DNA from: a virus | DNA length: 61,688 nt | IMG/VR virus record: IMGVR_UViG_3300044620_001837 | Direction: 5' to 3' (one strand) | Part shown: positions 17,901-24,233 of the stretch, one piece after another | Layout of the letters: each line of letters opens with the position of its first letter | How positions within the stretch are numbered: the first letter of the stretch is position 1 | Made by a program: the position numbers and the translations under genes | Notes under the pieces: generated by a model | What the model saw: the letters and a program-made list of their open reading frames with translations, nothing else | Database searches by the model: none | What the model was told of the DNA's origin: nothing

Positions 17901-18924
17901 GAGCGTCTATGGACAGATCAGGGGTGAAGCGGCCGCCATGCGAATGATCGAGGATGAGCGGGTAGCCGCCCTCGAACGTTACAACAATCTAATTGCAGAC
18001 GGGATCGACGCGGGGAATCGGATGAACCCACTCGGAACGCTTTTCAGTGCAGGAGAAGCGCAAAAGCTCCGCATAGAAGCAGACTTCGCTCGTCGTCGCC
18101 TCGAACTCCAGCGATATGCCCAAGAAGGTGCTTTATCTCCTACCCAGTTATTTGAAATGTCGGCCGCCCTCGACAAAATGCAACAGGCTAACCTCGCTTC
18201 CGCGTTTATCGAGGCTAATCCTGCGGTGGGAGCGTTTGGGGATTTACTCCGATCCGCGTTCACTGGGGGACGGGACACCCTACAGCAAATGCTGAACGTT
18301 CTGACCAGCTTTCTACAGAAAATCGGGGAAATGGCGGCCAATCAGTTGCTCATGCAAATTTTTGGAGGAAGTGGGAGGGCATCTTCCCCAGTCCCGTCTG
18401 GCGGCGGAGGAGGTGGGCTACTAGGAGGAGCAATAAGCCTATTCACTGGTTCCCTCGGCGGATTTAGCTCGCCTATTGCCTCTACCCCATTTACGGGTGC
18501 ATCTAACTTTTCTCTAGGAACGGGATTCAGCCTCTTTAGTTCTGGCGGAAAAATCGGAGCCGATGCCCCGATAGAGAAAAATGTGATTTCTGCCTTCCGG
18601 CGTGAACGGTCTATGAGCGGAGGGAGAAACCCCCGATTGATCGTGGCCAACGAAGACGAATATGTTATCCCCGCAAACGAAGCCAAGTCTTATCTGGAAT
18701 ACAAAAATGCCCCGATCAAAAACTACGCCAGCGGGGGATTTGTCGGGGGAACTGGCTACAGCGTTACGACCTCGAACAATAATTCGTCTAATCAATCCCT
18801 CTCGATCACCAATGTGAGCAATGTTACGATAGAATCACGAAATGATATGGGATATTCCCTAACTCAGTTAAAAGAGCGTGAGAACGCCCAAAATGAGCGA
18901 ACAAAGCGGAGATTTTTTGGATGA
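5968..18924 (+). CDS. Tape measure protein, 4318 aa, with several embedded globular domains
   Basis: An uninterrupted 12.96-kb ORF. ATG 5968 follows GGAGA and overlaps the GT stop. The tape-measure core is ...AARSVLSVEEFTQQLTESGGLYDALIVAARAMGMTTAEFYRQASAGQLL (~13990-14215). It has long coiled coils, hydrophobic segments and a Gly-rich C-terminus (GGGGGLLGGAISLFTGSLGG). Confidence 0.9.
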   Translation: MTVSLGTLEIGLGLITTQYDTGIARAKGQLVSLQRMAARSGVTVKIGVKVDDRPLYQLNDHLKLKRDDLDKTSDHYRRNPIRVFVEDRQLVSLNQQLRELKRVSVDIKVPSRLVVEHRFSGYQDKVEKEIERSTSRLASEIRKSYSRGGIVGAASRLVTGVIALPFKATATVLRDVVRGYFERIGQEFSNTWAVEPSRNAARKITIAIKKIDRYLLGQNQVLETYLSELTRSGSTEKAFNAAFKRTNVNQVIERFKTLQEIATVPASKTKERLRLIQKDPELSKILKQSTEEIQKQYAGQGLSKAEIANLSMQRFLENAQPQTKVVNILNSFLKEISPFLRFVQGMKDYRTSLEAQKIYSERKAGFPKLKEGEDVVSVIGGAQFRGGQGGRKAAMSLEPLAPQKRFIPVENPETDTDLENERPAEKQFKAFISRNLTFLEGEEALNTLINAFRQISSSLDAFTPSTAAAQALANTMLAQEQGRKGNVVSYSLGGVDNIQYARTAQFMGVKDTQALAMAYPFVDITQSTPKNFTASMLTSDPLGFVKLLGIGNKTNQFMGIESTNPYGSANHHQKHLFKNIEFINKFFATINANIPDLSPGKISAIVEAGDKLYELIGSMNQIESVLSTGEFNTDLPFHRFLQGYDGQTTKSNVLDLVLEMMQDNFAIEAFKDVEGAEEFYAKLRNQFDKIASQFKEKFQASGVNLPENLARDFAGFLKYQEVAEGYNKSMTEFQTGKVSEKPSWWAGNLDPNTVKQRTGKLQTETIPWFRKEGSKFGSYQDALIEMFTLIDKVTKEYVSRGGNLSDETRQNLKFFPTETIPSEINAFLGKSFPTKNLPKEEIVRDLNLQFPEYTASTSNLTALQKIDYEAEKQRVTKLFRNRQAAILAYNKLITELTAEIVPSIDKIKAIGTGFPELGMHGSFAFLTDEFVYKTDIDPEGVNKKIATPNELETYKQLQGRLSPLLYKAVPDKAIVTERIQGKTLKEILTRIAQPFKKVQKQLADATLALDKVTKEGNEAEIERLNKEITSLEKTAQKEKTRFNKAATILYKQVGQLNSALQKMGVVHNDLAETNVFFSPQGIRAIDFGGSQVNPTAAQKIEDKKTVIDRMMGNNQYKGLMDKTAVAGAILSGFQSPLPIPEKRTVDPEKLKQTTPGQLIELGSTNPTLLQQYGEKITYPKTKPFSIPPKQEKVTTPKTEKLNPTVFLEQSLTRNTDRAITALNSIEQALNEIKKGILAKYASPLIDPWQNSTPDPWAKSNAELMRAFVDAINKVSSQKLLPPAPDDFGSSETDRGNSPLEKILEDISIKAQAGLKSALTTRLSTPDSSGEIQLLTGQENISELLNQVLIREVKEAGRILGNALKDASLDVVKFGQIVFTVLKAIERPVMAIPGVGLGKKALQVGGTAAIGAAALHALPMGLDATIVNEMRSILAGAMSAGGREMIQAVATQMTQAFSGLPFGVGQQLTEAVMNLVTELTNGTISVLAQGGAVAGSALMAGEGVKKLLGAATSSVPKLIDKEEQQKIEGKTQKLLKAAKDKAGSLITTEITPYFDEKAFPVSSPIPANIKAINPKYYTVKQLRGLARDQGIDVPASGAGARKEEIWKSLTEKFNPDQLTRLLLTTKASDRTKLGKKELSGFQVETTEIPADFTKRIGIGIKNIGQEINTTKDIQSLERLYFQLEKVKKGIASLRANPEFNTTSINKSLSGFLQSVDNLQTQILAKGGLESGKNLNEGLAKGLKDNDAEKIVRKNARNIIDGLNDELGNRSPSWKGEKAGRYLIQGVGIGIEKEESRLTTKIKELTTKVIKELQKGLSNPTLKGLLATLAIVSSGMPANAQQFIQTESFKGVTMNPATTGVEVVKQVDVDKKAFQDRKAIAYSSGPMFDRFFLQDKNQQVNMIADVVQREQVLQLSRNRAAAEERGFIGINKQGKLKFGYGGAKSNKLSDYDTFVGGLHVLYNDEVPKPANYKGGYHSSLKQQLAYQVPRPRVFFGKTKEGNLTVMEGQKDMTPQQLEKYARSMGFTAVMLPDHGNMARLTVPGQSMSRILPQSLGGTGKSTPYQLRFFERPQIESKQAKLSESSSVVTPPVEKEKNLSASNVFDTVVDRELSISPQSTTNKILPIKHISRKVESADKALTNDLLEFIGNYGLTVASLLSLLGITGKVASKLKKASQRQKPLEAIPVIENIPQPKQSNNTNLSRIIDVEFSVVDEKIDFTYVQATKKRISAMGRKIIEDIKSSNPTIDTSGTVRAFEETANKLSEDFKQRINKNRTTLIATSLNVSRPQQVLPSLPKPDIKSISPDFIKSIQNRKLSAFSNIVLPKPPSITPVNIPTSTASINKLGETAKDYIDVIYKVIDEGEKVEKKIKQLAKNYTETPSPQEASNIPAQAGLGGSGGGKKPPRPPRIAASASPEPEPKKEKFDVSKEAEKALKDIQKAREAINKLDKEEEKLKNLKIELGIEPKTTREKILGDWNKKRDNIFNALDSIEKAGVSSGFTDGIVTGLKTAIAQADGFINFLSVGGKALRTLDKELDAATGGMINLRKASLAVIGGFALFKTAEFLLEPLFFAIQDLPFRVQQAVTDSLLAFTELQQIRINLDIAGVNNVDTAIDGLRNRADELGISFRESAKQYAQFQIVTTGSPLQAQGDDIFEGFQSALAVRQTNPQQQTETFRAINQMAARSVLSVEEFTQQLTESGGLYDALIVAARAMGMTTAEFYRQASAGQLLSQDVIPRLAAEYERLSAGGIGASSKTLQAEMNRYQNNIEQLSMSTGEKLGVVAYPALQLLNTLLKGLNDNLGLVATVSASAVIATIGLLGKSVLQFSAATRLGQGLIASYNASLFAMGVTAGQTTTKMQMLSATAKVAGGVLKATIGAMIVPAATIVALQTFYDIFENGDANLKNSLQTLKESRKVLEDLGKIEPENENKNLWNKFFPDMNLSGTEKFFNVLTVGTVYTFKRNNAVRDQQENLKNIREGAEGLETNLKTYQTVLSDTAGIDKFIDSLQGLRNSLAQVRAERAIAANKEDFAAVARLNEREQELMKQEQEAIDRRLGSVGSRITADLQVAEAALAALEEEYQKSGGTLKNYGAKSERLKGIIAGLKAEQQNYLNVLRDQEKEYKKLQYAFNRTLNAQENRNFINARQSLNRQIGNELAFALGQLNEYEFNVKVREESLQTAKEKFASLQTTASETGAKLSSRITEAADKTLSTYFKDDLKRLGVGNFSEAIARNLLSPEAIERVMSENSGDLESNAALKNILEMAKTYATTRQEILQSEKEIQSINREIITERKRRQLSEKQAANEILIAGQQEKLYSSTPTGKLRSLQPAETRVSLEELYKQLAVEQERLAANVDDPLQIRSNIARIKTNIARTRLTLRDQQNDLVEFYTTTAIEIEATNKQIGLTARTASNQVKTFARDQTLIEISKLYKQLAFEQSKLVGTLKGDPLEVKANIARIQLQIEQAKLSLRDQTTDIEDYYTGLQRQVVDLRVSIEDYQIQSAREVRGFKEAYGDMIRGLQRSLIEAENEFRASQRSLENQRLQVSMLSGRTPGVSSLQKQLDDLILQYRDEIASIQGEADSLRTRPLDIRDQSIQFARQLRDIQEQIYDAERNRLKQLRDFWMQQVQIVRELSQQQLTFKSLNEIWAGILENSKKLLAKSGKIAGGKVPNVALAIGEAPNNSESSEQYRQGTPNNPRTLQRGDYIDYGNGRIYKYDPSPNYDPKTMRYRSPVNADEIRHPSVVQQVGTSGSEEFDRLLMRSGLYKNWEGFTREVLNPNLQPLTPEERANYNAGNVGRYSGVLTGQPQANIPLTPLPTFDYDRARELDTQIRITREKTLQNQKEENLLKLERARRENLDRIAGLIQQTQEARIQAEIGLRDTGDTSTDLMRSSKGYLTFSEKIEQARRNGSREIEKQRESIQSQIRSLDQLTSDFAKNSEETRARLFQDTGNDDAFKALEAENKRNTAILEGYKALDNQLSVYGQIRGEAAAMRMIEDERVAALERYNNLIADGIDAGNRMNPLGTLFSAGEAQKLRIEADFARRRLELQRYAQEGALSPTQLFEMSAALDKMQQANLASAFIEANPAVGAFGDLLRSAFTGGRDTLQQMLNVLTSFLQKIGEMAANQLLMQIFGGSGRASSPVPSGGGGGGLLGGAISLFTGSLGGFSSPIASTPFTGASNFSLGTGFSLFSSGGKIGADAPIEKNVISAFRRERSMSGGRNPRLIVANEDEYVIPANEAKSYLEYKNAPIKNYASGGFVGGTGYSVTTSNNNSSNQSLSITNVSNVTIESRNDMGYSLTQLKERENAQNERTKRRFFG

Positions 18925-19109
18925 GCAAAGGATTAATAACGGTGGTAATCATGATCGTGGCGGCGATTGTGTGGGGGGTACTACCGTCGTGCCGGGGAGA
19001 TCGGACAATACAGGAGAATCTCTGCACGATTTACCGCAACGGGTTAGCGATGGGGTCTATACAGAAGAATAGCGAGTATGAACACGTTTGTTATTGCGCC
19101 AATCGGTGA
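18921..19109 (+). CDS. Small membrane protein
   Basis: ATGA overlap with the tape measure stop. The N-terminal transmembrane segment is LITVVIMIVAAIVWGVL. Confidence 0.5.
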   Translation: MSKGLITVVIMIVAAIVWGVLPSCRGDRTIQENLCTIYRNGLAMGSIQKNSEYEHVCYCANR

Positions 19110-19500
19110 GCGGATCGTTACCGAGGCGATCGAGTGGATTGGAACGCCATGGCATCATGGACAGAGCAAAAAAGGTATCGGTTGCGATTGCGTCGGGTTC
19201 CTCGCCGGCGTTGGAGTGAGCGTGGGGTTTCTCTCGCCAGACTTTACCCTCGAAAACTACGAACGAATTCCTAGAAACAACTTCCTTGTAAAATCCCTTG
19301 ATCGCTATCTAGTCCGTGTGGAAGGAAAACCCGATATTGGCGATGTGCTGGTGTTCAAGCGAGCGGGTGTAATAACTCACGTCGGCATTTATGCGGGGAA
19401 GGAGGTATATCTTCACGCCGACACGAAAAAAGGCGTAATCTGTTCTTATCTCGCTGATGTCATAAGAACGCTTGTTTTGATTTATCGGGTAAAATATTAA
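19078..19500 (+). CDS. NlpC/P60-family tail-associated peptidase (lambda gpK / GTA g14-like)
   Basis: GIGCDCVGFLAGV supplies the catalytic Cys and ITHVGIYAG...LHAD the His. The gene sits after the tape measure. Confidence 0.8.
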   Translation: MNTFVIAPIGERIVTEAIEWIGTPWHHGQSKKGIGCDCVGFLAGVGVSVGFLSPDFTLENYERIPRNNFLVKSLDRYLVRVEGKPDIGDVLVFKRAGVITHVGIYAGKEVYLHADTKKGVICSYLADVIRTLVLIYRVKY

Positions 19501-19528
19501 CATAAACTTTAAGATTCTTGTTTAAACC

Positions 19529-22093
19529 GTGGCTAATTTCCTAATCCCTACCGCTATCGGACTCGGAGCCAATCTACTCCTAACACTACTAGCCCCGTCT
19601 GGCCCGCGACAGCAAAAAGGGAAAATCGAGGACACCGGTGTTCCCGATGCTGAGTTCGGATTCTCCCTCTCCCTCCCCTTTGGGCGGGTGCGAAAAAAAG
19701 GATTGCCGATGATGTGGGCTTTAAAGCTAAAAGAAAGAAGAAAAGTATCGGGAGGGAAAGGTGGTGGGACACAAATAGAAACTTTTTCCTACTTTTTAAC
19801 AGCCGCTTATCCAATCGCACGGGAAATCAGTTCTGTCCGGCGTGTTTGGATGAACCGGATATTGGTTTATAGTAGTGAGTCGGATGACCCGAGAAGCGAA
19901 AGGTTTTTAGAGCATTGCACAATCTACACGGGCGATCAGACTACGCCATCCTCGGTAATCCAAGAGAACGAACCAGACTACCCCATTCCTGTATTTAAAG
20001 GATGGAGTTATATGGCTTTTGATGATTATCCAATCGCTGAATATGAAGGCAGTGGATTTCCTCAAATTGAAGTGGAAGTTGTGGGGCAAAGCGGCGAAAA
20101 TCCTAAAGTCAAAGATATTCTTGTACGAATTTGCGAAATAGCGGGAATAGCCGAAAATAAAGTCGATGTGAGCGGGGTTCCCGATAATTTAGAGATTGAA
20201 GGCTTTGATTTACTATTTGATGGAACCTCGTTCGCCGATCAGATCGGGGAATTATTGAGAGCGTTTTTCTTGATAGTCAGAGAAACAAAAGATAAGCTTA
20301 TTTTCAAACAGCAAACAGCAGGGGAAGTCACCCATATCCCGAAACTGTCATTAGGGGCAAAAAAATTCGGAGATCGTCCGATAGATTTATATGAAATAAA
20401 GCTTACACATTTTCGAGAAATCCCAAGTGCCGTAACAGTAAACGGATTAAACATTAATAAAGACCAAGACGCTATTTCAGTTGTCGCAAAAGACCCCGCC
20501 GCAAAACACACTAACGAACTAACAATTCAAACCAAATTAATATCTAGTGATAACTTATTTATCACGCTTGCATCTCGCATTCTTTTCCTCGGACGCTCGC
20601 AATCCAAAACGTTTTCTAAAATGTTTTTATTGCCCACATGGGACGATCTTGCCGTAGGAGATTTAATATCGGCAGACGGCGACCGCTTATTCCATCGAGA
20701 GGTTTTACAGATCACAAAAAAAGTTAGAGGCGCAGGGTACTTGATCGAGTTAGAAGCGACTCGATTTCAGGGCTTTTCAAACCAGTGCAAGCATATAGCG
20801 GTCTACGATTTAGGAGTTTACAATGCTCCGGTTCCTCCCCAATTTGGGCAGTGGATTACACGCATTCAAAAGGGAACGGTGTTTGATCCGATTGAGTTTT
20901 ACCGTTCCCCGATGCGAGTAGAAACTACCTTGCCGCTCGGTCAGATTTCGCCACTGCCAAATACCGAATTTAGGATTTATGATGCTGACGACAATCTCAT
21001 TTTTACCCGAAATACAGCCCATGGACTCACTGCCGATTCAACGTGGTCACAAGTAACCGACTGTACTGGCATAGACCAGCTTACAAGCGATAATTTATTA
21101 GAAATTATTGTCGATCTTCCATTTGCCCCTCCCGTCGAAACTCCTGCAAGCTACGGTTCGGCTACAGCGATTGTTATTGAATGCCCACCGGTTAATTCCT
21201 CGGATGCCGATCTGGGTTTTTATCTTGCAATTGAAGGAGATGAAGACTATCGAACTGGGACAATATTTTACTCCGAGGACGGCGGGGAAAGCTACCTTTT
21301 TGCTACTGCTATTACTGGCGAAAGTGTGACAGGGACAGTGTTAAGTTTTAGCACAAACTTTAATAATTCGTCTCCTAATTTTATTGACGACCTCAATACA
21401 GTCCAAGTAAGAATGGATTCAGGAGAAATCGAGCCAGTAACACTTGAGAAATTCTTGTCAGGAAAACAACTCGGTTGGTTTTCTACGGGCGAAATTATCG
21501 CTTTTAAAAATGCGGAAATTGTCTCGAATAATCCACTAACTTTTGATATTTCCTACATGATTCGTGGCACTAAAGGAACCGAGGCTTTTATTGACAATCA
21601 CGCTATCGGAGAGCGGTTCGTACTGCTTACTGATTATCTTGTCCGCCTACCTGCTGAATTGTTCGATGTCAACCGGGAAGTTCGTTTTAAAATCGTGCCA
21701 GATGGATTGACCGAGACAGAAGTTGCTAACGAGACAATCCACACAGTCACACTAGAAAGCGTCAAGCCGTTTCCTGCGGTTGTGACATCGGAACGAGTCG
21801 GCGGTGACGTAATCATTTCGTGGTATCGGAGAACGCGGATTAACGGCCGATGGACGGACTATATCGATATTCCGTTTGCCCCAGGTGAACTCGATACCTA
21901 CACGGTCAGAATTTACGACGGTAGCACGATAAGACGGGAATTCGTAACTGGGGTGGGAGAGCGATCTGTCACCTACACCTCAGCACAACAAATAGCCGAT
22001 TGGGGATCAGTCCAATCGGCGTACACTGTTCGGGTTTTTCAGAATTCAAGTTACCCCGTGGCTTTCAAGGAAGCATTAGGGGTGAGCGTTTAA
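19529..22093 (+). CDS. Host-specificity / central tail protein (lambda J-like, GTA g15-like)
   Basis: 854 aa with a GTG start. The N-terminus ...SGGKGGGTQIETFSYFLTAAYPIA... resembles the conserved J/g15 N-terminal block. The gene follows the NlpC/P60 gene. Confidence 0.65.
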   Translation: MANFLIPTAIGLGANLLLTLLAPSGPRQQKGKIEDTGVPDAEFGFSLSLPFGRVRKKGLPMMWALKLKERRKVSGGKGGGTQIETFSYFLTAAYPIAREISSVRRVWMNRILVYSSESDDPRSERFLEHCTIYTGDQTTPSSVIQENEPDYPIPVFKGWSYMAFDDYPIAEYEGSGFPQIEVEVVGQSGENPKVKDILVRICEIAGIAENKVDVSGVPDNLEIEGFDLLFDGTSFADQIGELLRAFFLIVRETKDKLIFKQQTAGEVTHIPKLSLGAKKFGDRPIDLYEIKLTHFREIPSAVTVNGLNINKDQDAISVVAKDPAAKHTNELTIQTKLISSDNLFITLASRILFLGRSQSKTFSKMFLLPTWDDLAVGDLISADGDRLFHREVLQITKKVRGAGYLIELEATRFQGFSNQCKHIAVYDLGVYNAPVPPQFGQWITRIQKGTVFDPIEFYRSPMRVETTLPLGQISPLPNTEFRIYDADDNLIFTRNTAHGLTADSTWSQVTDCTGIDQLTSDNLLEIIVDLPFAPPVETPASYGSATAIVIECPPVNSSDADLGFYLAIEGDEDYRTGTIFYSEDGGESYLFATAITGESVTGTVLSFSTNFNNSSPNFIDDLNTVQVRMDSGEIEPVTLEKFLSGKQLGWFSTGEIIAFKNAEIVSNNPLTFDISYMIRGTKGTEAFIDNHAIGERFVLLTDYLVRLPAELFDVNREVRFKIVPDGLTETEVANETIHTVTLESVKPFPAVVTSERVGGDVIISWYRRTRINGRWTDYIDIPFAPGELDTYTVRIYDGSTIRREFVTGVGERSVTYTSAQQIADWGSVQSAYTVRVFQNSSYPVAFKEALGVSV

Positions 22094-22176
22094 CTAACAT
22101 CGGTTTTTGTTTTTTCTAAAAACTTTTGAAGCATTTCCGACATTATCGGAGAGTTCACAAGAGACTTTAAATCTAG

Positions 22177-22626
22177 TCAGGCATAGAAGCGTTCATACAT
22201 CCTTTTGTTTGATTCCATATTATTTCTAAACTCAATAAAGAAGTTATGCTGATCAGTGTCGGAATCTTTATTGGCAACAATTCCAGTAAACAATTTAATA
22301 CAGTTAAAAACCGCCTGTTCTGGTGACTTGCCAACTACATCAATATATTTGCCGTTAACGCAACAAGTAATAAACCATACGATCATGCCACTATAAGAGA
22401 AACTATTTTTGGTAGCATATTTATCTGACTTAAAGCGAAGTCCATCATGGTAACAATATTGAGATAGAATTGGGCAAACAACAGCTTTTAATACAATGAG
22501 CAATAGCTCTAGCTCTGTCAACTCTAATTCTGTCTCTTTTTCCAAAAGAGACAATTTATGTCCTAATCCTAATTCATCTAATAACTTTCCTGTTTCTCCT
22601 TCTATGATTTCTTCAAAAAAACGCAT
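22177..22626 (-). CDS. Hypothetical protein, a moron-like opposite-strand gene
   Basis: 149-aa AT-rich ORF on the opposite strand to its neighbours, with its own cassette-type promoter at 22713-22742. Confidence 0.55.
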   Translation of the reverse strand: MRFFEEIIEGETGKLLDELGLGHKLSLLEKETELELTELELLLIVLKAVVCPILSQYCYHDGLRFKSDKYATKNSFSYSGMIVWFITCCVNGKYIDVVGKSPEQAVFNCIKLFTGIVANKDSDTDQHNFFIEFRNNMESNKRMYERFYA

Positions 22627-22712
22627 AAAAATCTCCTTTTTGCAGGGGGGCGTAAGCTTTTAGTCCTTTGATATAAAATTTTCCCTACGTCGAGAGTGCG
22701 ATTCTTATCCTT

Positions 22713-22742
22713 ATCTTAATCGATCCCGATCAGAATTGTCAA
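22713..22742 (-). promoter_or_regulatory. Sigma70-type promoter P2 (cassette variant) for 22177..22626
   Basis: The minus strand reads CTTGACAATTCTGATCGGGATCGAT-TAAGAT, with an 18-nt spacer. Confidence 0.6.
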
Positions 22743-22769
22743 GTAATTTCTCTGTTATTTTTCCCCCTC

Positions 22770-23045
22770 CAATGTTAGAGAGTTTCTAACATCCCGAAAC
22801 GTCCACGGGGAACGGGTTCTAGGGTTTTGTTATTGGAGTTATCCCGATCCTAGTGAGAAAGAAGGATAGGAGAGGGATAAGCGAGGTCAACCGCTAAGAT
22901 GAAGGTTTTCTGTAGAGAAAAAACGAGAGTCGAGGATCGGGGAAACATCCATAACAAAAGGATAGAAGTATTGATATATATACTTTTTCTTATGTTATTT
23001 ACTCCCTAACATCGCTTTAACATCCTCAACGTAGGATACTTGTAC
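22770..23045 (+). repeat. Dispersed non-coding element, copy B
   Basis: 22770-22794 equals the reverse complement of 2019-2043. 22953-23016 matches 53100-53163 with 4 mismatches in 64 nt by my alignment. TAACATCC boxes lie at 22787, 22943 and 23018. Confidence 0.8.
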
Positions 23046-23072
23046 TACCCACCTCGCTATTTTCCCTAATCT

Positions 23073-23100
23073 TAGATTTCTAAAATAATTTAGAAATCTA
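23073..23100. promoter_or_regulatory. Perfect 12-bp inverted repeat abutting the -35 of P3 (operator candidate)
   Basis: TAGATTTCTAAA-ataa-TTTAGAAATCTA ends 1 nt before TTGACA at 23102. Confidence 0.45.
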
Positions 23101-23101
23101 C

Positions 23102-23130
23102 TTGACAATTCAAGAAAGACTGTATATGAT
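23102..23130 (+). promoter_or_regulatory. Sigma70-type promoter P3 (cassette) for the recombination/replication genes
   Basis: TTGACA-ATTCAAGAAAGACTGTA-TATGAT with a 17-nt spacer. Confidence 0.75.
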
Positions 23131-23162
23131 TTAAGAAAGTTGAGTTTTCTTTAGATAAAATT

Positions 23163-24167
23163 ATGTCAGGCGAAATTGTTAAAGCTTCATCGAGTCCGCT
23201 AGAGTTAAAGACGATTGACGACATGAAAAAACTAGCGTCTTTAATGGCAGAGTCCAAGCTGTTTACTGATACGCAATCAGTGGCACAATGTTTTGTAAAA
23301 GTTCTTGCCGGGAAAGAGTTGGGGATTCCCGCTTTTGCCTCGATGACTGGAATTCATATCATTAAAGGCAAGCCTGTTATTAGTGCCAACCTAATGGCTA
23401 CCCTAATTAAGGGGTCAGGTAAGTATCGATACAAAAAATTATTGCACGACGCTGACAAGTGCGAGATTGAATTTTTTGAGTTAATACAGGGCAAGTGGGA
23501 ATCGCTCGGCGTGACCTCGTTCACGATGCTGGACGCAAAAACCGCAGGACTCGGTAGTAATCCAAACTGGCAGAAGTTTCCTAAGAATATGCTTTTCGCT
23601 CGGTGTATCTCTAATGGGTTCCGCGAGTTCTGTCCCGATCTCGCCCTCGGTGCGCCTGTTTATTCCTTTGACGAACTAGGAGCAGAAGTAAACGAAAACG
23701 GGGACGCAATCAATGTGGAAGTAGTCAAGCCTCGAACCGAACCCGATATTTCCGAATGGGTTCCCCGAATGATGAACTACGCAGTTAATGAATTGGGAAT
23801 GAGTTCAGATACTGCGAGAGATATTTTCAAAAAGCACAATGCTTTCAAGGACGAAAAAGCTAAGGGGAAATGCTGGAAAGATATTCACGTCACAGCATTA
23901 GTAAACGCAGGGGTTGACGCTTTTGTGGCGGAATCAATTTACAAAGAAAACAGCAAAAATAAGGACGCTCTAAAAATAGCTGTTCTTGATAGAATTACCG
24001 CGTTAAATAAAAGCGGTAATCCCGACACGGGAGGAAAAGTTACGTTTACCGCAGAACAAGTAGTCGGCAACGAAATCAATCCAGAAATCAGCGCAGAAGT
24101 AGACGCAATGATCGAGGACAGATTACTAAAAACTGTCCCCGTCTCTGAAGATTCGGACGATTTCTAA
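23163..24167 (+). CDS. recT: RecT/Redbeta-family single-strand annealing protein
   Basis: ...VKVLAGKELGIPAFASMTGIHIIKGKPVISANLMATLIKGSG... and ...NWQKFPKNMLFARCISNGFREFCPD... match the conserved RecT-family blocks. Confidence 0.7.
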   Translation: MSGEIVKASSSPLELKTIDDMKKLASLMAESKLFTDTQSVAQCFVKVLAGKELGIPAFASMTGIHIIKGKPVISANLMATLIKGSGKYRYKKLLHDADKCEIEFFELIQGKWESLGVTSFTMLDAKTAGLGSNPNWQKFPKNMLFARCISNGFREFCPDLALGAPVYSFDELGAEVNENGDAINVEVVKPRTEPDISEWVPRMMNYAVNELGMSSDTARDIFKKHNAFKDEKAKGKCWKDIHVTALVNAGVDAFVAESIYKENSKNKDALKIAVLDRITALNKSGNPDTGGKVTFTAEQVVGNEINPEISAEVDAMIEDRLLKTVPVSEDSDDF

Positions 24168-24233
24168 AAAGCTTGTCAGGGGGCATTGACAACGCCGATC
24201 ACCTTTTATCAACAATCATCAGGAGTAACAGCA

